Origin: a virus
Lineage: Duplodnaviria > Caudoviricetes
Length of the DNA: 57,972 nucleotides
IMG/VR virus record: IMGVR_UViG_3300036985_006199
Span: 1-57,972 of that record
Strand: one strand, 5' to 3'
The notes below the pieces were generated by a model that saw only the letters and a program-made list of their open reading frames with translations, was not told the DNA's origin and made no database searches. Below, piece after piece: positions 18,996 through 28,864 of this stretch; position 1 is the first letter of the stretch, and every line of letters starts with the position of its first letter. A program made the position numbers and the translations under genes.

Positions 18996-19211
18996 CCGAC
19001 GGCCACCTCGGAGAGGGTGGCCAGCGACGCCGGACGGGAACGACGTCCGGGAGGCATGAGCTGATGGGATTCGAGTCCACGAAGAAGGCCGCGCGGCTCA
19101 GCGGGAACAAGACGGATCGCCGTGTATCCCCTGAAGCCAAGCGGCGTTCTGAGTGGAGTCTTTTGGCCCGGACGGGTCTTCAGCGGAAGCGCTGAGGGGA
19201 TTGGTGAAACG

Positions 19212-20840
19212 ATGCCGCAGCTACTGATCGAGACCAGCAAACCCACAGCGTTTCTGATGGCGGAGGCTCGCCAGGCCGCTGGGTCTGGGAAGCTCGTGGC
19301 GCGTGGTGAGTTCGGTCGGGTGGGCGTTCCGACGCAGAACGGTAGACGGTATTCGGAAGCGCTGATGGGGCGGGAAATCAAGCGCCTCACAGAGGATCTG
19401 AAGACCCGTCGCGTGTTGGGCGAGCTGGACCACCCGGCAGATGGCAAGACGAGCCTGAAGCGCGTGAGCCATGTCATCACGGACCTGTGGATCGAGAAGG
19501 ATGGCCGGGTGATGGGCGAGGCCGAGATCCTGAACACGCCCGAGGGGAAGACCCTGAAGGCGCTGATCGAGGCGAATATCCCCATCGGCGTATCGTCGCG
19601 CGGGTTTGGCAGCACCAAGCCAGCGGCAGACGAGGAGGCTGAGGACGTTCAGGACGACTTCAGTTTGAAGACCTACGACTTCGTGGCGGATCCGGCCGTG
19701 CGGACGGCGATCCCGAACATCACCACGGAGTCGGTGGATGAGCCGACGGCGGCGCAGATGTTCCTGTCCGAGTTCCCGGACGTGGCCACCCAGATCCAGG
19801 AGGCGGCGGCGCAGGACGCGCTGACCAAGGCCAAGGACAAGGTCACGGCGGGGCTGGACGCGGCGGTGGCCGAGGCCGAGCGACGGGTGCGGTCCGAGAT
19901 GACCGAGGCGTTCGAGCGGCGGCTGGCGCAGGCGCTGATCGAGGCGCGGGAGGACATCGGCACGCAGCTCCGCGAGGAGTACGCGATTGATCCGTCCGTC
20001 GGTGGTGCACGGGCCACATTGGCGGCCATCGCGGAGATGGTCGGCGCGTATCGGCAGAGCCCGGACGAGGCGGCCGTGCGCGATGCGCTGCGGGCCAAGG
20101 ACATCGAGGTCGCGGAGCGCACCAAGGAGCGGGACGAGGCGGTGGAAGAGGGCACGCAGGCGGCGATCATGCTGCGTGTAGAGCGCCAGATCGGGTCTCA
20201 CCCGATGGCAGAGATGATTCGCGAGCTGTTGCGCGGAACGCGCATGGAGTCGGCGGATGACGTCGACGCCAAGCTGGCGGTGGTGATGGAGCATCTCCCT
20301 GCGCCGTCCGTGGATGTGACCCCGGACGGGCCGACGGAACAGGAGATGGAGCTACGGGAAGAGAACGCGACCCTGCGCGGCGATATGCGGCTGTTGCAGG
20401 CAAAGGCGGATTCGTTGGACGAGAAGTTGCGCCGTGTTGTGGAGTTGACGAAACGCGCGGATGCCTCGCTGGCCGAGGCGGACGAGCGGGCGGAGAAGGC
20501 AGAGGCGATGCTGGTCGAGGCGCAGGAGCGCGCTGACCGGGCGGAGCTGGACGCCTACAAAGCCAAGAAGGTTGCAGGGCTGGTAAACAGTTCGAGCGTG
20601 ATGGGTCTGTTGGAGGACGTGGCCTCCCGGGCCGATGTGGACAAGGTCGTGGCAAGGCACGGGTCGATGGAGATCTCGGATCCAGAATTGCGTGAGATGC
20701 GCCGCAAGCTCCAACGGGGCCAGGGCGACGAGCGCGATCTGACCGAGGACCGCGCGCCACAGGCAGGTGCCGTACGAGGGGCCGACGACTTCGGCAACTC
20801 GTTCGACATCATGCGGCGGCTGGCGGGGTACAACAGCTAA
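19212..20840 (+). CDS. prohead protease (T4 gp21-like) fused to a coiled-coil scaffold
   Basis: NGRRYS, LGELDHP, VSHVIT, ILNTPEGK, GVSSRGFGS, YDFVADP are gp21 hallmarks; long helical C-terminus. Confidence 0.88.
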   Translation: MPQLLIETSKPTAFLMAEARQAAGSGKLVARGEFGRVGVPTQNGRRYSEALMGREIKRLTEDLKTRRVLGELDHPADGKTSLKRVSHVITDLWIEKDGRVMGEAEILNTPEGKTLKALIEANIPIGVSSRGFGSTKPAADEEAEDVQDDFSLKTYDFVADPAVRTAIPNITTESVDEPTAAQMFLSEFPDVATQIQEAAAQDALTKAKDKVTAGLDAAVAEAERRVRSEMTEAFERRLAQALIEAREDIGTQLREEYAIDPSVGGARATLAAIAEMVGAYRQSPDEAAVRDALRAKDIEVAERTKERDEAVEEGTQAAIMLRVERQIGSHPMAEMIRELLRGTRMESADDVDAKLAVVMEHLPAPSVDVTPDGPTEQEMELREENATLRGDMRLLQAKADSLDEKLRRVVELTKRADASLAEADERAEKAEAMLVEAQERADRAELDAYKAKKVAGLVNSSSVMGLLEDVASRADVDKVVARHGSMEISDPELREMRRKLQRGQGDERDLTEDRAPQAGAVRGADDFGNSFDIMRRLAGYNS

Positions 20841-20861
20841 CAACAGATCAGGAGAAACATC

Positions 20862-22472
20862 ATGCAAGCTCGAAACATCGTGGAAGAGAACGGCAAGCGG
20901 ACCGTGTTCGACGAGTCCTACGGCAAGGTGTGCGAGTCGCGTTGGGCCAAGATCCTTCAGCCCATGAACGAGCGCGATCCCATCAACAACCACTACGTGC
21001 GGCGCTGCACGGCGATCATCATGGAGAACGAGATGGACCACATCAAGTCTCTCCATGAGGACACCCTCAGCACCAACGCGGGCGCGTTCACGAAGTACGT
21101 GTTCCCGGTCCTCCGGCGCGTCTTCCCGAACCTGATCGCCAACCAGCTCGTCTCGGTGCAGCCGATGACCGCCCCCGTCGGCGGCATCTTCTACTACGAG
21201 AAGAAGTACGACGACCGCAAGGGCACCAAGATCCCGCAGTACGGCATCACCAATGCCCCGTACAACATGGCCTACGACGGTGCCGTCGTGGCAGGCGACA
21301 ACATCAACCAGAACTTCGCCCGCATGTACTCCTCGGAGTACGTGGACTACGACGTCGTCTGCACCCAGGCGACCGCCGTGGCCGCCCTCTCGAACGTGGG
21401 CGCCAACTGCCGCCTGCCCGAGTGGAAGCCCATCCGCGCGCCGGGCGTGGACGGCCAGCGCACGTTCTACGTGAAGCTGTACTACCGTGTGCTCGACCAC
21501 GCGGGTGCGTTGCCCCTCGACATCGTGGCCACCCTGGATCCGACCGGCGTGACCAGCAACCTCGTGGACAACTACGGCACCACCGTGGGCACGTTCACCG
21601 TCAGCACGGGAGCCTGGACCCTCAACGCCTACGACGAGACCGGCGTGGCGTCGACCTTCGTCGCCAGCACCGTGATCTACGGGCAATACTTCGTGAACTT
21701 CGAGCAGGTGGGCTACACCTCCGGCGCGGAGATCCCGAGCATCAGCCTCGACATCGCCCTGCACACCGTGAAGGCCGAGAGCCGCAAGCTGAAGGCCCGC
21801 TGGTCCGTGGAAGCCGTCGACGACATGCGCGCCCTGCACGGCATGGACGCCGAGACCGAGCTGGTCGGCACGTTCGCCAACGAGGTCATGCTGGAGACGG
21901 ACCGCGAGATCGTGGACGCCCTCGTGACCGGCGCCAAGTTCGCCGCGACGTACACCTACTCGTACTCGGCCGGTACCCAGGGCGAGATCGAGACCATCCG
22001 CAACCTGCTCACCAAGATCAGCGCCGTGGCGGCCTCCATCCACACCGCGTCGGGTCGCGCCCCAGCCAACTTCATCGTGGTGTCCCCGAGCGTGGGCGCC
22101 CTGCTCGACCAGCTCTCGACGCACGGCGACTTCGCCAGCATCGAGCAGAACGTGCAGAGCCCGACCTACGGCCCGATCACGTCGGACTTCGGCATCGCCC
22201 GCATCGGCACCCTGCTCAAGCGGTTCGCGGTCTACCAAGACCCCTACATGACCGTCAACAAGGTGCTCGTCGGCCTCAAGGGCAACAACTTCCTCGACGC
22301 GGGCTTCGTGTACGCCCCGTACGTCCCACTCCAGGTCACCCCGACCTTCATGGATCCCAACGACTTCACGTTCCGCAAGGGCGTCCGCACCAGGTACTGC
22401 ACGAAGATGCTGCGCCCCGAATACTACGGCGTCGTGACCTGCTCCGGTCTGCCCGCCGTGACCACCGTCTGA
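20862..22472 (+). CDS. major capsid protein (T4 gp23-like)
   Basis: RRVFPNLIANQLVSVQPMTAPVG, AESRKLKARWS.EA..D..A.HG.DAE.EL, YAPYVPL, RYCTKM; strongly biased codon usage. Confidence 0.95.
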   Translation: MQARNIVEENGKRTVFDESYGKVCESRWAKILQPMNERDPINNHYVRRCTAIIMENEMDHIKSLHEDTLSTNAGAFTKYVFPVLRRVFPNLIANQLVSVQPMTAPVGGIFYYEKKYDDRKGTKIPQYGITNAPYNMAYDGAVVAGDNINQNFARMYSSEYVDYDVVCTQATAVAALSNVGANCRLPEWKPIRAPGVDGQRTFYVKLYYRVLDHAGALPLDIVATLDPTGVTSNLVDNYGTTVGTFTVSTGAWTLNAYDETGVASTFVASTVIYGQYFVNFEQVGYTSGAEIPSISLDIALHTVKAESRKLKARWSVEAVDDMRALHGMDAETELVGTFANEVMLETDREIVDALVTGAKFAATYTYSYSAGTQGEIETIRNLLTKISAVAASIHTASGRAPANFIVVSPSVGALLDQLSTHGDFASIEQNVQSPTYGPITSDFGIARIGTLLKRFAVYQDPYMTVNKVLVGLKGNNFLDAGFVYAPYVPLQVTPTFMDPNDFTFRKGVRTRYCTKMLRPEYYGVVTCSGLPAVTTV

Positions 22473-22553
22473 TAGAAAACCACTAACATTTTGATATGTT
22501 ATGCGCTTGGTTACGCTGGGCGCAACCTCACTTTTAGCTGCGTCCGTTTCCAT

Positions 22554-22583
22554 TTGACACTGAGCTGGCATTGGTCATACCAT
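22554..22583 (+). promoter_or_regulatory. promoter of the endonuclease gene downstream of the capsid gene
   Basis: TTGACA-18 nt-TACCAT; ATG 22590 follows after a 6-nt gap. Confidence 0.5.
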
Positions 22584-22589
22584 TGCCAA

Positions 22590-24227
22590 ATGGAAGACAC
22601 CTTTGAAAAACGGGACTGGAAGTCTAGCGGCGGAGTGCGTTTGGTGGTGCTGGATCTGGGCCAGGAATCGGTGGTGGAGCGGCTTGCTCATGGGATCACG
22701 GTGGAGCCTGGTTGCATCTATGTGTTCTCGGACGAGTGGTCGGATCGGCGTATAGCGTGTGAATCATTTGCGCAGTCACGGGCGGGCATCTTCGAGCGTC
22801 GTATGGGAGCACGGAAGTGTGTGGTGCGGGAGGTGGAGAAGGCGGAGGCTCGGAAGTTTTTAGATGAGTTCCACATCCAGGGAGCAAACCACCTGTCTCT
22901 TGTCGTGTTTGGTCTATTCGTGGGGGAAGAACTGATCGGCGTCTTGTCTCTTGGACGGCACCATCGACAGGGGCAGGAACGGCGGGTCGTATTGGACCGG
23001 CTATGCTTTCGTGCTGGGGTGCAAGTGGTGGGCGGGTCATCTCGGATGTTGGATCGGGCTCGGACATGGGCGGAAGAGCATGGCTATGACGAGATTTTGA
23101 GCTTTAGTGACAACCGTCTGACGCCTGGTGTCGTGTACGACCGGCTGGGGTTTGTGGCGGATTCTTATTGTCGTCCTGACTACTTCTATGTGCAAGATGG
23201 TCGACGTATTTCAAAGCAGAGCCAGCGCAAACGAGCGAGTGGGTGCCCAGTGGGGATGACGGAGCGGTCATGGGCTCAGGATCGTGGTTTGATTCGTTGC
23301 TACGATGCGGGGAAGGTTAGGTGGGTGTTGCCACTGAAACCGTTGTCTCACCCGACGCGACAGGAGGAAAATTCGGAGCAGGCGGCCAGGCGCAATGCGG
23401 ATGGTATCTGTGGTGGTGGGCTCCACATGCGTGGGTATTTCCCTTTCAAGAAGGCGGGTGGGGAGGTGTACTTTGGGTCTTCCTACGAGCTGCGCTGCAT
23501 GTTCGAGCTGGAAAACGATCCAGATGTGCGAACCTTTCGGCGGTGCGAGGTGTTCAAGACTCCAAAGGGACGGTGGCGTGCCCCGGACCTATGGATCGAG
23601 AGACGAGATGGGCGCGGCGAGATCTGGGAGGTTAAGCCATCTGCCATGGTGGACAAGCCGAGAGCGCGGGCGCAGATCGCGGACACCGCTGTGCATGCGG
23701 CAACGACTGGTGTTGGATTTCGTGTCTGGACGGAGCGGGACAGCGCGCTGAAAGAGGATGGCCGGATCATTGGATGGGCGCGTGAGTATCTGTCGCGTCA
23801 GCAGGGGGATACCACTTACGAGGTGCGGAACAAGCGGACACGCAAGGCCATTCGAGAGCGTCATTATGCGAAGGAGCAGGCAGCGTCGGTCGTGGTGCAT
23901 TGCGACTACTGTAAGGTGGACCACACGGTGTTGCCGCGTACATACGCTCGGAACATTGCAAATCACGATGGGGTGTACGTGTGCGAGGCCATGGCTGGGC
24001 ACATCGGCGGAAGCAAGCCAAAGGACCACTTGAAAAAGACGAACCCGTACGCGGTGGAGGGACGGAAGCAGTGCAGCATGTGCGAGCAGATACTTCCCGT
24101 GGATCAGTTCCAGAAGAGGATAGCTTCATGGGATGGGTTGAGCGCGGCATGCAAGCCGTGCCTCCGAGTGTACGATGCGGCGCGGTACCGGAAGCGGTGC
24201 GACGCGAACCCAGGTTCGTGTCGGTGA
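22590..24227 (+). CDS. free-standing endonuclease-like protein: GNAT/Mom-like N-domain, TnsA-like PD-(D/E)XK domain and Zn ribbons
   Basis: ARKCVVRE...FLDEFHIQG...SFSDNRL...YDAGKVRW; SSYELR...PDLWIE...IWEVKP; CxxC pairs; lower GC3 than flanking genes. Confidence 0.6.
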   Translation: MEDTFEKRDWKSSGGVRLVVLDLGQESVVERLAHGITVEPGCIYVFSDEWSDRRIACESFAQSRAGIFERRMGARKCVVREVEKAEARKFLDEFHIQGANHLSLVVFGLFVGEELIGVLSLGRHHRQGQERRVVLDRLCFRAGVQVVGGSSRMLDRARTWAEEHGYDEILSFSDNRLTPGVVYDRLGFVADSYCRPDYFYVQDGRRISKQSQRKRASGCPVGMTERSWAQDRGLIRCYDAGKVRWVLPLKPLSHPTRQEENSEQAARRNADGICGGGLHMRGYFPFKKAGGEVYFGSSYELRCMFELENDPDVRTFRRCEVFKTPKGRWRAPDLWIERRDGRGEIWEVKPSAMVDKPRARAQIADTAVHAATTGVGFRVWTERDSALKEDGRIIGWAREYLSRQQGDTTYEVRNKRTRKAIRERHYAKEQAASVVVHCDYCKVDHTVLPRTYARNIANHDGVYVCEAMAGHIGGSKPKDHLKKTNPYAVEGRKQCSMCEQILPVDQFQKRIASWDGLSAACKPCLRVYDAARYRKRCDANPGSCR

Positions 24228-24419
24228 TGCGATTTGACCGGGGATCGGGCGCGGTGTACGGTTAGTGGAGCCCGAGTCTGTGAGAACCCACCGACAGGTA
24301 CCTTCTCCATGCACTCTGCCTTTGCTCCCGCCGCCCTGGCGGGAGGTCTATGCCAACACCTTTGACCTATGCCATTGAACCAGCTAGGATGTTCTGTGTT
24401 GACACTTGGAGGTGTAACC

Positions 24420-24824
24420 ATGGCGAAGTACATGTTGAAGCGTGGCATATCCCGCCTGCCCATCGACGGCATGCGTGAGATCCCGCGCGAGGGGTTTCCT
24501 CCGCTGAAGCAGTCGGAGACGGTGGTGTTCGAGGCCGGGACGGTCGTGGATACCGACTTGGACTTCGGATCATGGGTCGAGGATGGAACCTTGGTGCGCA
24601 TCCGCGAGCAGGGTGAGCCGCCACGTCCGCCGAAGCCGGTCCCGGTGCCCGAGGTCAAGCGCGAGATCCTGATGCCGATGCCGTCGTTCGTACAGGCAGA
24701 GGTCGTCAAGGAGGAGGAGCCCGTGGCCGCGTCGGACGAGCCCACGGAGCCGGTGGTCACGGAGGGGCCGGTGCCCGAGGGCAATACGCCCGTGGAGACA
24801 CCTCGGCCAAGGCGACGCCGATGA
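24420..24824 (+). CDS. hypothetical Pro/Glu-rich protein
   Basis: GGAGG then ATG 24420. Confidence 0.6.
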   Translation: MAKYMLKRGISRLPIDGMREIPREGFPPLKQSETVVFEAGTVVDTDLDFGSWVEDGTLVRIREQGEPPRPPKPVPVPEVKREILMPMPSFVQAEVVKEEEPVAASDEPTEPVVTEGPVPEGNTPVETPRPRRRR

Positions 24825-25504
24825 TGCACGCACGACGTGTCGATGGGGCGGTGGCTCCGGGGCGGCTCGGCATTGGCGAGACGGTTGAGGTACGCACGCG
24901 CATGGGGCATCTGGTGGCACGTGGAGACATATGCGGCCAGACGCCGTTCGGCATCACCCTGCGTGAGGACGGCACCAACCACAAGTTCTACATGGCGGAG
25001 TTTTTCTTGTTCTTCCCGGAGGAGCCCGAGGTGCCCGAGGTCGCGGCCAACCTGATCGCCGATGCGCATCCCGATGCGCGGGTGCGCGCCCGTTTGGGCC
25101 AGGTGGCCGAGCAGGACATCATGGGGGCGACGCCCAAGGCGCAGAAGGTGAAGGGGAAGGGCGCTGCCACGGACGACGCGGAGGCCGAGGCCGCGACCGA
25201 TGACGAGGAGGACGAGGAGACGCCAGAGGAGGCGGCGGCCCCGGCCAACGACACGCCGAACATCGACGTGGCCAAGTTGCCGAAGGACATCCAGCAGGCC
25301 GTGATGGTGGTGCAGAAGTTGGATGATGACCAACTGAACTATATCCTAGCGCAGACTGGGCAGGCGCTGATGAGCGCGCTGCGGCGTAACAGCGTGAACG
25401 AGGCGGATCTACACGGCCTGGTGCAGAAGTCGCAGAACGCCATCTACCGCATCCTGACGGGGAAGCCCGCGCGGGAGTGGAAGAAGGCGGCGGGAAAGAA
25501 GTAG
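24821..25504 (+). CDS. hypothetical protein
   Basis: ATGA-coupled ORF with typical phage codon usage. Confidence 0.6.
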   Translation: MMHARRVDGAVAPGRLGIGETVEVRTRMGHLVARGDICGQTPFGITLREDGTNHKFYMAEFFLFFPEEPEVPEVAANLIADAHPDARVRARLGQVAEQDIMGATPKAQKVKGKGAATDDAEAEAATDDEEDEETPEEAAAPANDTPNIDVAKLPKDIQQAVMVVQKLDDDQLNYILAQTGQALMSALRRNSVNEADLHGLVQKSQNAIYRILTGKPAREWKKAAGKK

Positions 25505-25508
25505 CGCC

Positions 25509-26237
25509 ATGCAGAACGTCCAGACGGATGCGGAGCTACGGGTGTGGATCAAGCGCCGTCTGGGCGACGGCGTGATCTGCGTCGAACTCACCGACGAACA
25601 GTTGGACGTCAACATTCAGATGTCTAAGGACTTCTGGCGCGCGTGGGTGGGCCAGGCGAAGATGATCTACTTGCAGACGACCGGCGTGAGCGAGTACGCC
25701 GAGGCGCTGATCGGGCCGGACGTGGACAGCGTGGCAGAGGTGATCTTCCCGGTCCATGACGACTTGACGCGGCTGTTCTCGTGGGCGGACGTCGAGGTGA
25801 ATCCGTACACCTGGGTGCACGCGGGCTACGGTGGCTACTCCGCGCTGGTGCAGCTCATGCAGTACCGGGAGCTGGGGTCGCGAGTGGTCAGCAACGACCT
25901 CGATTGGGAGTGGGATCGGGCGCGTCGTATGCTCATCATGACACCGCCATTGAATACGAATTTGAACGGCCAGCGGGTCGGTGTGGTGTACATCTCGACT
26001 GAGGTCGATATGACGAAGATGAGCAACTCGGAGTATTGGCTGTTTCGCGAGTACGCCATGGTGCAGTCGATGAAGACGCTGGGCATGATCCGCATGAAGT
26101 ATTCGGACAAGCCGAGTGCCACGGGGTCATTTGGGATGGACGGTGATTCGGTGTACGCGAACGCCGATGCGCGTGAAAAAGAGTTGGAAGAGAAGATTCG
26201 CCAGTTGCAGTCGCCCGTCGGGTTCTGGACTGCCTAG
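25509..26237 (+). CDS. neck protein (T4 gp13-like head-tail adaptor)
   Basis: ELRVWIKRRLG...VELTDEQLD and LG.IR.KY...G...MDG motifs. Confidence 0.75.
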   Translation: MQNVQTDAELRVWIKRRLGDGVICVELTDEQLDVNIQMSKDFWRAWVGQAKMIYLQTTGVSEYAEALIGPDVDSVAEVIFPVHDDLTRLFSWADVEVNPYTWVHAGYGGYSALVQLMQYRELGSRVVSNDLDWEWDRARRMLIMTPPLNTNLNGQRVGVVYISTEVDMTKMSNSEYWLFREYAMVQSMKTLGMIRMKYSDKPSATGSFGMDGDSVYANADAREKELEEKIRQLQSPVGFWTA

Positions 26238-26248
26238 AGGAGGTCCGC

Positions 26249-27190
26249 ATGATCAGTCACGTAGGTCCGTTGAATGAGATCTTGGGGTCTATCGCTGAGT
26301 GCATGTCCGAGTCCGAGAAGCGCATGCTGGGGATCACGCCGAGCACGCGCCAGGACGACGTCTTGCGACGGGGCGCGGTGAAGGCGCTCGCCGAGGACGC
26401 CATCGCCACATCGCAGCAGCACGTCCCGCTGAGCACGGCTCGGTCGGTCGACCGCAAGGACATGCGGCCGTGGCAGGGCAAGGAGAGCGACGGCGAGATC
26501 ATGTTCAACTTCGAGTCCGCCATGGACGCGCAGGATCTGTACGATTTCGTGCTGGAGACCGGGCTGGTCACGCCGGGCGAGGTGAAGCTCTACATGAGCG
26601 AGCACCAGACCAGCGTGCACTTCGCGCCCAGTGTCCTCGTGCAGAAGCCCGAGATAATCCAGATGGCCTTGATCTCCTATCACGAGCAGGCGACGGAGGA
26701 GAGTATCGAGTACCTGAACGCGCTGGCCGAGGATGTCAGCACGGTGCTGGAGATGAAGGTGAAGCAGATACGTGGCAGCGCGGAGCCATATGCCAAGCGA
26801 GGCGTGGACTTCAATCCGTTCCATGGAAGGGATGGGGAATTCACGACGCGCAAAGGCACCGAGTCTGGCGGGTCATGGTCGGACGGGACGCATAAAGGCA
26901 GCAAGCACTTGGCAGCGTCGAAGAAGGGTAAAAAGTTGCACTTCGTGGCCACCAAACTGCCGTGTGGACGGTTGGCGCGAGAGGCACACAAGAACACGCG
27001 GTGCTGGGACGGGCGGAGCGTTGGTGCGAAGCTGGCACAGGCTAAGAAGGGCACGGATCGAGATTCTAGCCCACGTCTGATGCCGGGCGTCAAAGAGGGA
27101 TTCAGCAGGGAAGACATCGCCACCATCAACGAGTGCCTGGCGATGTACGGCAGCAAGAAGCGCCTGTCCGAGGGTCGACGCTACGTCTGA
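26249..27190 (+). CDS. hypothetical virion-associated protein
   Basis: GAGGAGG RBS; contains FNPFHGRDGEFT motif and a basic C-terminus. Confidence 0.6.
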   Translation: MISHVGPLNEILGSIAECMSESEKRMLGITPSTRQDDVLRRGAVKALAEDAIATSQQHVPLSTARSVDRKDMRPWQGKESDGEIMFNFESAMDAQDLYDFVLETGLVTPGEVKLYMSEHQTSVHFAPSVLVQKPEIIQMALISYHEQATEESIEYLNALAEDVSTVLEMKVKQIRGSAEPYAKRGVDFNPFHGRDGEFTTRKGTESGGSWSDGTHKGSKHLAASKKGKKLHFVATKLPCGRLAREAHKNTRCWDGRSVGAKLAQAKKGTDRDSSPRLMPGVKEGFSREDIATINECLAMYGSKKRLSEGRRYV

Positions 27191-27383
27191 CTCTCGTTCC
27201 GTGGTGAAGCGGAGGCATGTACATCATCGTCAAACGCGTCAACCACAGGACATGGTTTTGGACCGGGAACCAGTGGAGCGATGAGTTTCCCGAGGCGAAC
27301 CTGTACGGCAGTCGGGACGAGGCGACCAGGGCGTTGCGGTTGGCCTGTGGTGGCATGGTGATCGCGGCAGGTGGAGGTGATCC

Positions 27384-27944
27384 ATGGCAATCTACGGCCC
27401 CGAATGTTGTCCGACTGAGGCGGCCTATCTCAAGTCGCTGGAGGCGGAGCGGATCGCGCTGGTGGGGCCGACCTGCGAGTATTACAGCCTCAACCGGGGT
27501 CGCAATGTGGACCCGCTGTATGGCGAGCCGGATAACGATCCGCTGTACGGCGGTCACGATCCGCGTGGGACTGATCAGAACCACCCGACGTCGTGGAACT
27601 TCTCGCCGAACGTGACCGGGGGCGAGGCCCCGCTGACCTTCCAATGCACGGTGGAGTACCAGGAGGCGGAGAACCGCCAGCCGTCCATACGGGAGGAAGG
27701 CAAGATCGTCGAATACGATGCGACGTGCTGCATCGCGGTCCTCCATTGGGAGACGGCGGTGAAGGGGCGCCCGTTTGCGGGGCGGATGCCGAAAGAGGGC
27801 GACGTGATCTACGTGTTCAACCTGTGGTGGGACGTGGTGAACGCGGGGTCGTCGGGAAACATCCTGGGGTCGGCGATGACCGTGGGGTACAAGCTACTGC
27901 TCAAGCGCCGGTCGAAGTTCGTGCCGGAACGAAAGGTAGGCTGA
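27384..27944 (+). CDS. putative head closure/neck protein (gp14-like)
   Basis: DPLYGE and PKEGDVIY motifs; position in the neck module; GGAGG RBS. Confidence 0.55.
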   Translation: MAIYGPECCPTEAAYLKSLEAERIALVGPTCEYYSLNRGRNVDPLYGEPDNDPLYGGHDPRGTDQNHPTSWNFSPNVTGGEAPLTFQCTVEYQEAENRQPSIREEGKIVEYDATCCIAVLHWETAVKGRPFAGRMPKEGDVIYVFNLWWDVVNAGSSGNILGSAMTVGYKLLLKRRSKFVPERKVG

Positions 27945-27948
27945 GAAC

Positions 27949-28470
27949 ATGGCGACGATGAGGCAGGTCTTCCGGGCGTTGACAGAAGGTGAGTCCGCAT
28001 CGGAGATCACGCACAAGTATGCGCAGGACAGGAGCACGGAGGCCGCCGCTGCATTCGTGGAGCAGTTCAAGCGCGCGGGCTTCAAGATCCTCGATCACCA
28101 ATTCGCCGATGGGTGGGGACTGTCGTCGGCGACCATCCAGATGCTGGGCGTGCGCGTGCCGATCATGGTCGGTGTGCAGAACCTGCCCAAGGGCGTGCAG
28201 ATGCACGTGGAGTTCCAATCGCCGATGTCGCGTGGGCCGCAGTGGGAGGCGCTGGGACCGGAGCTGTTCAAGGCGACGAAGGCGGCCAGTAACGTCTTTC
28301 GAGCGGGCGGCGCTGAGGTGAATGTGGGCAAAAAAGGAAAAGACGATTGGCCCTATGTGTGGATCTATCCGGGGGACGACGTGGCGGATGATGTGAAGCA
28401 ATTTCCGGGGCGCGTGCGGAAGTTCGCGACCGACGTGGCGGCACGCATGTCCCAGTTTGTGGACGCCTGA
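27949..28470 (+). CDS. hypothetical protein with MRxxF..LTE leader
   Basis: ORF in operon; N-terminus MATMRQVFRALTE. Confidence 0.55.
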   Translation: MATMRQVFRALTEGESASEITHKYAQDRSTEAAAAFVEQFKRAGFKILDHQFADGWGLSSATIQMLGVRVPIMVGVQNLPKGVQMHVEFQSPMSRGPQWEALGPELFKATKAASNVFRAGGAEVNVGKKGKDDWPYVWIYPGDDVADDVKQFPGRVRKFATDVAARMSQFVDA

Positions 28471-28492
28471 CCGCTAGAGGGGAGCAGTTGAC

Positions 28493-28858
28493 ATGCTGAG
28501 CGAGATGATCATCAAGAGGGAGATCGCCAATGGGATGAGCGCGGTGTGTGCGTGGTGCGAGCATCACTGGTCCGCGTTGAAAGAGGGGCGCACGCCGGGG
28601 TGCCAGCAGCACGACTGCGGCGGTCCGCTCAAGGGGTTGGCGTTCCCGCGCTACAAGGGACCGCGTGCCAACCTGGCGAGCTACTGCTATATCTGCGGCA
28701 CCGATGCCGACATGGCGGTGGAGTTCACGGGGCGTGGCAGCGTTGGATGCTGCAAAGGGCATGAGTCGTCGCTGCGGAAGATGATCGCGCGGGATGGCCA
28801 GGCCGTGGTCGTCAATGAGCGCTTGGTTCCCGTGGTGAGCACGCCTGCGGTGTCTTAG
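28493..28858 (+). CDS. Cys-rich putative Zn-binding protein
   Basis: CAWCEH, CQQHDC, CYIC, CCKGH. Confidence 0.6.
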   Translation: MLSEMIIKREIANGMSAVCAWCEHHWSALKEGRTPGCQQHDCGGPLKGLAFPRYKGPRANLASYCYICGTDADMAVEFTGRGSVGCCKGHESSLRKMIARDGQAVVVNERLVPVVSTPAVS

Positions 28859-28864
28859 CCGCGC

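Noticed and set aside
20352-22571. 739-aa minus-strand ORF (and similar ones opposite the sheath, 30347..32395 and 32726..34384)
   Set aside because: These are antisense shadows of highly GC3-biased genes, with no recognisable motifs.
24228-24419. Intergenic hairpin CTCCCGCC-GCCCT-GGCGGGAG (24325-24345) as a terminator or ncRNA
   Set aside because: There is no U-tract and no further supportable structure.
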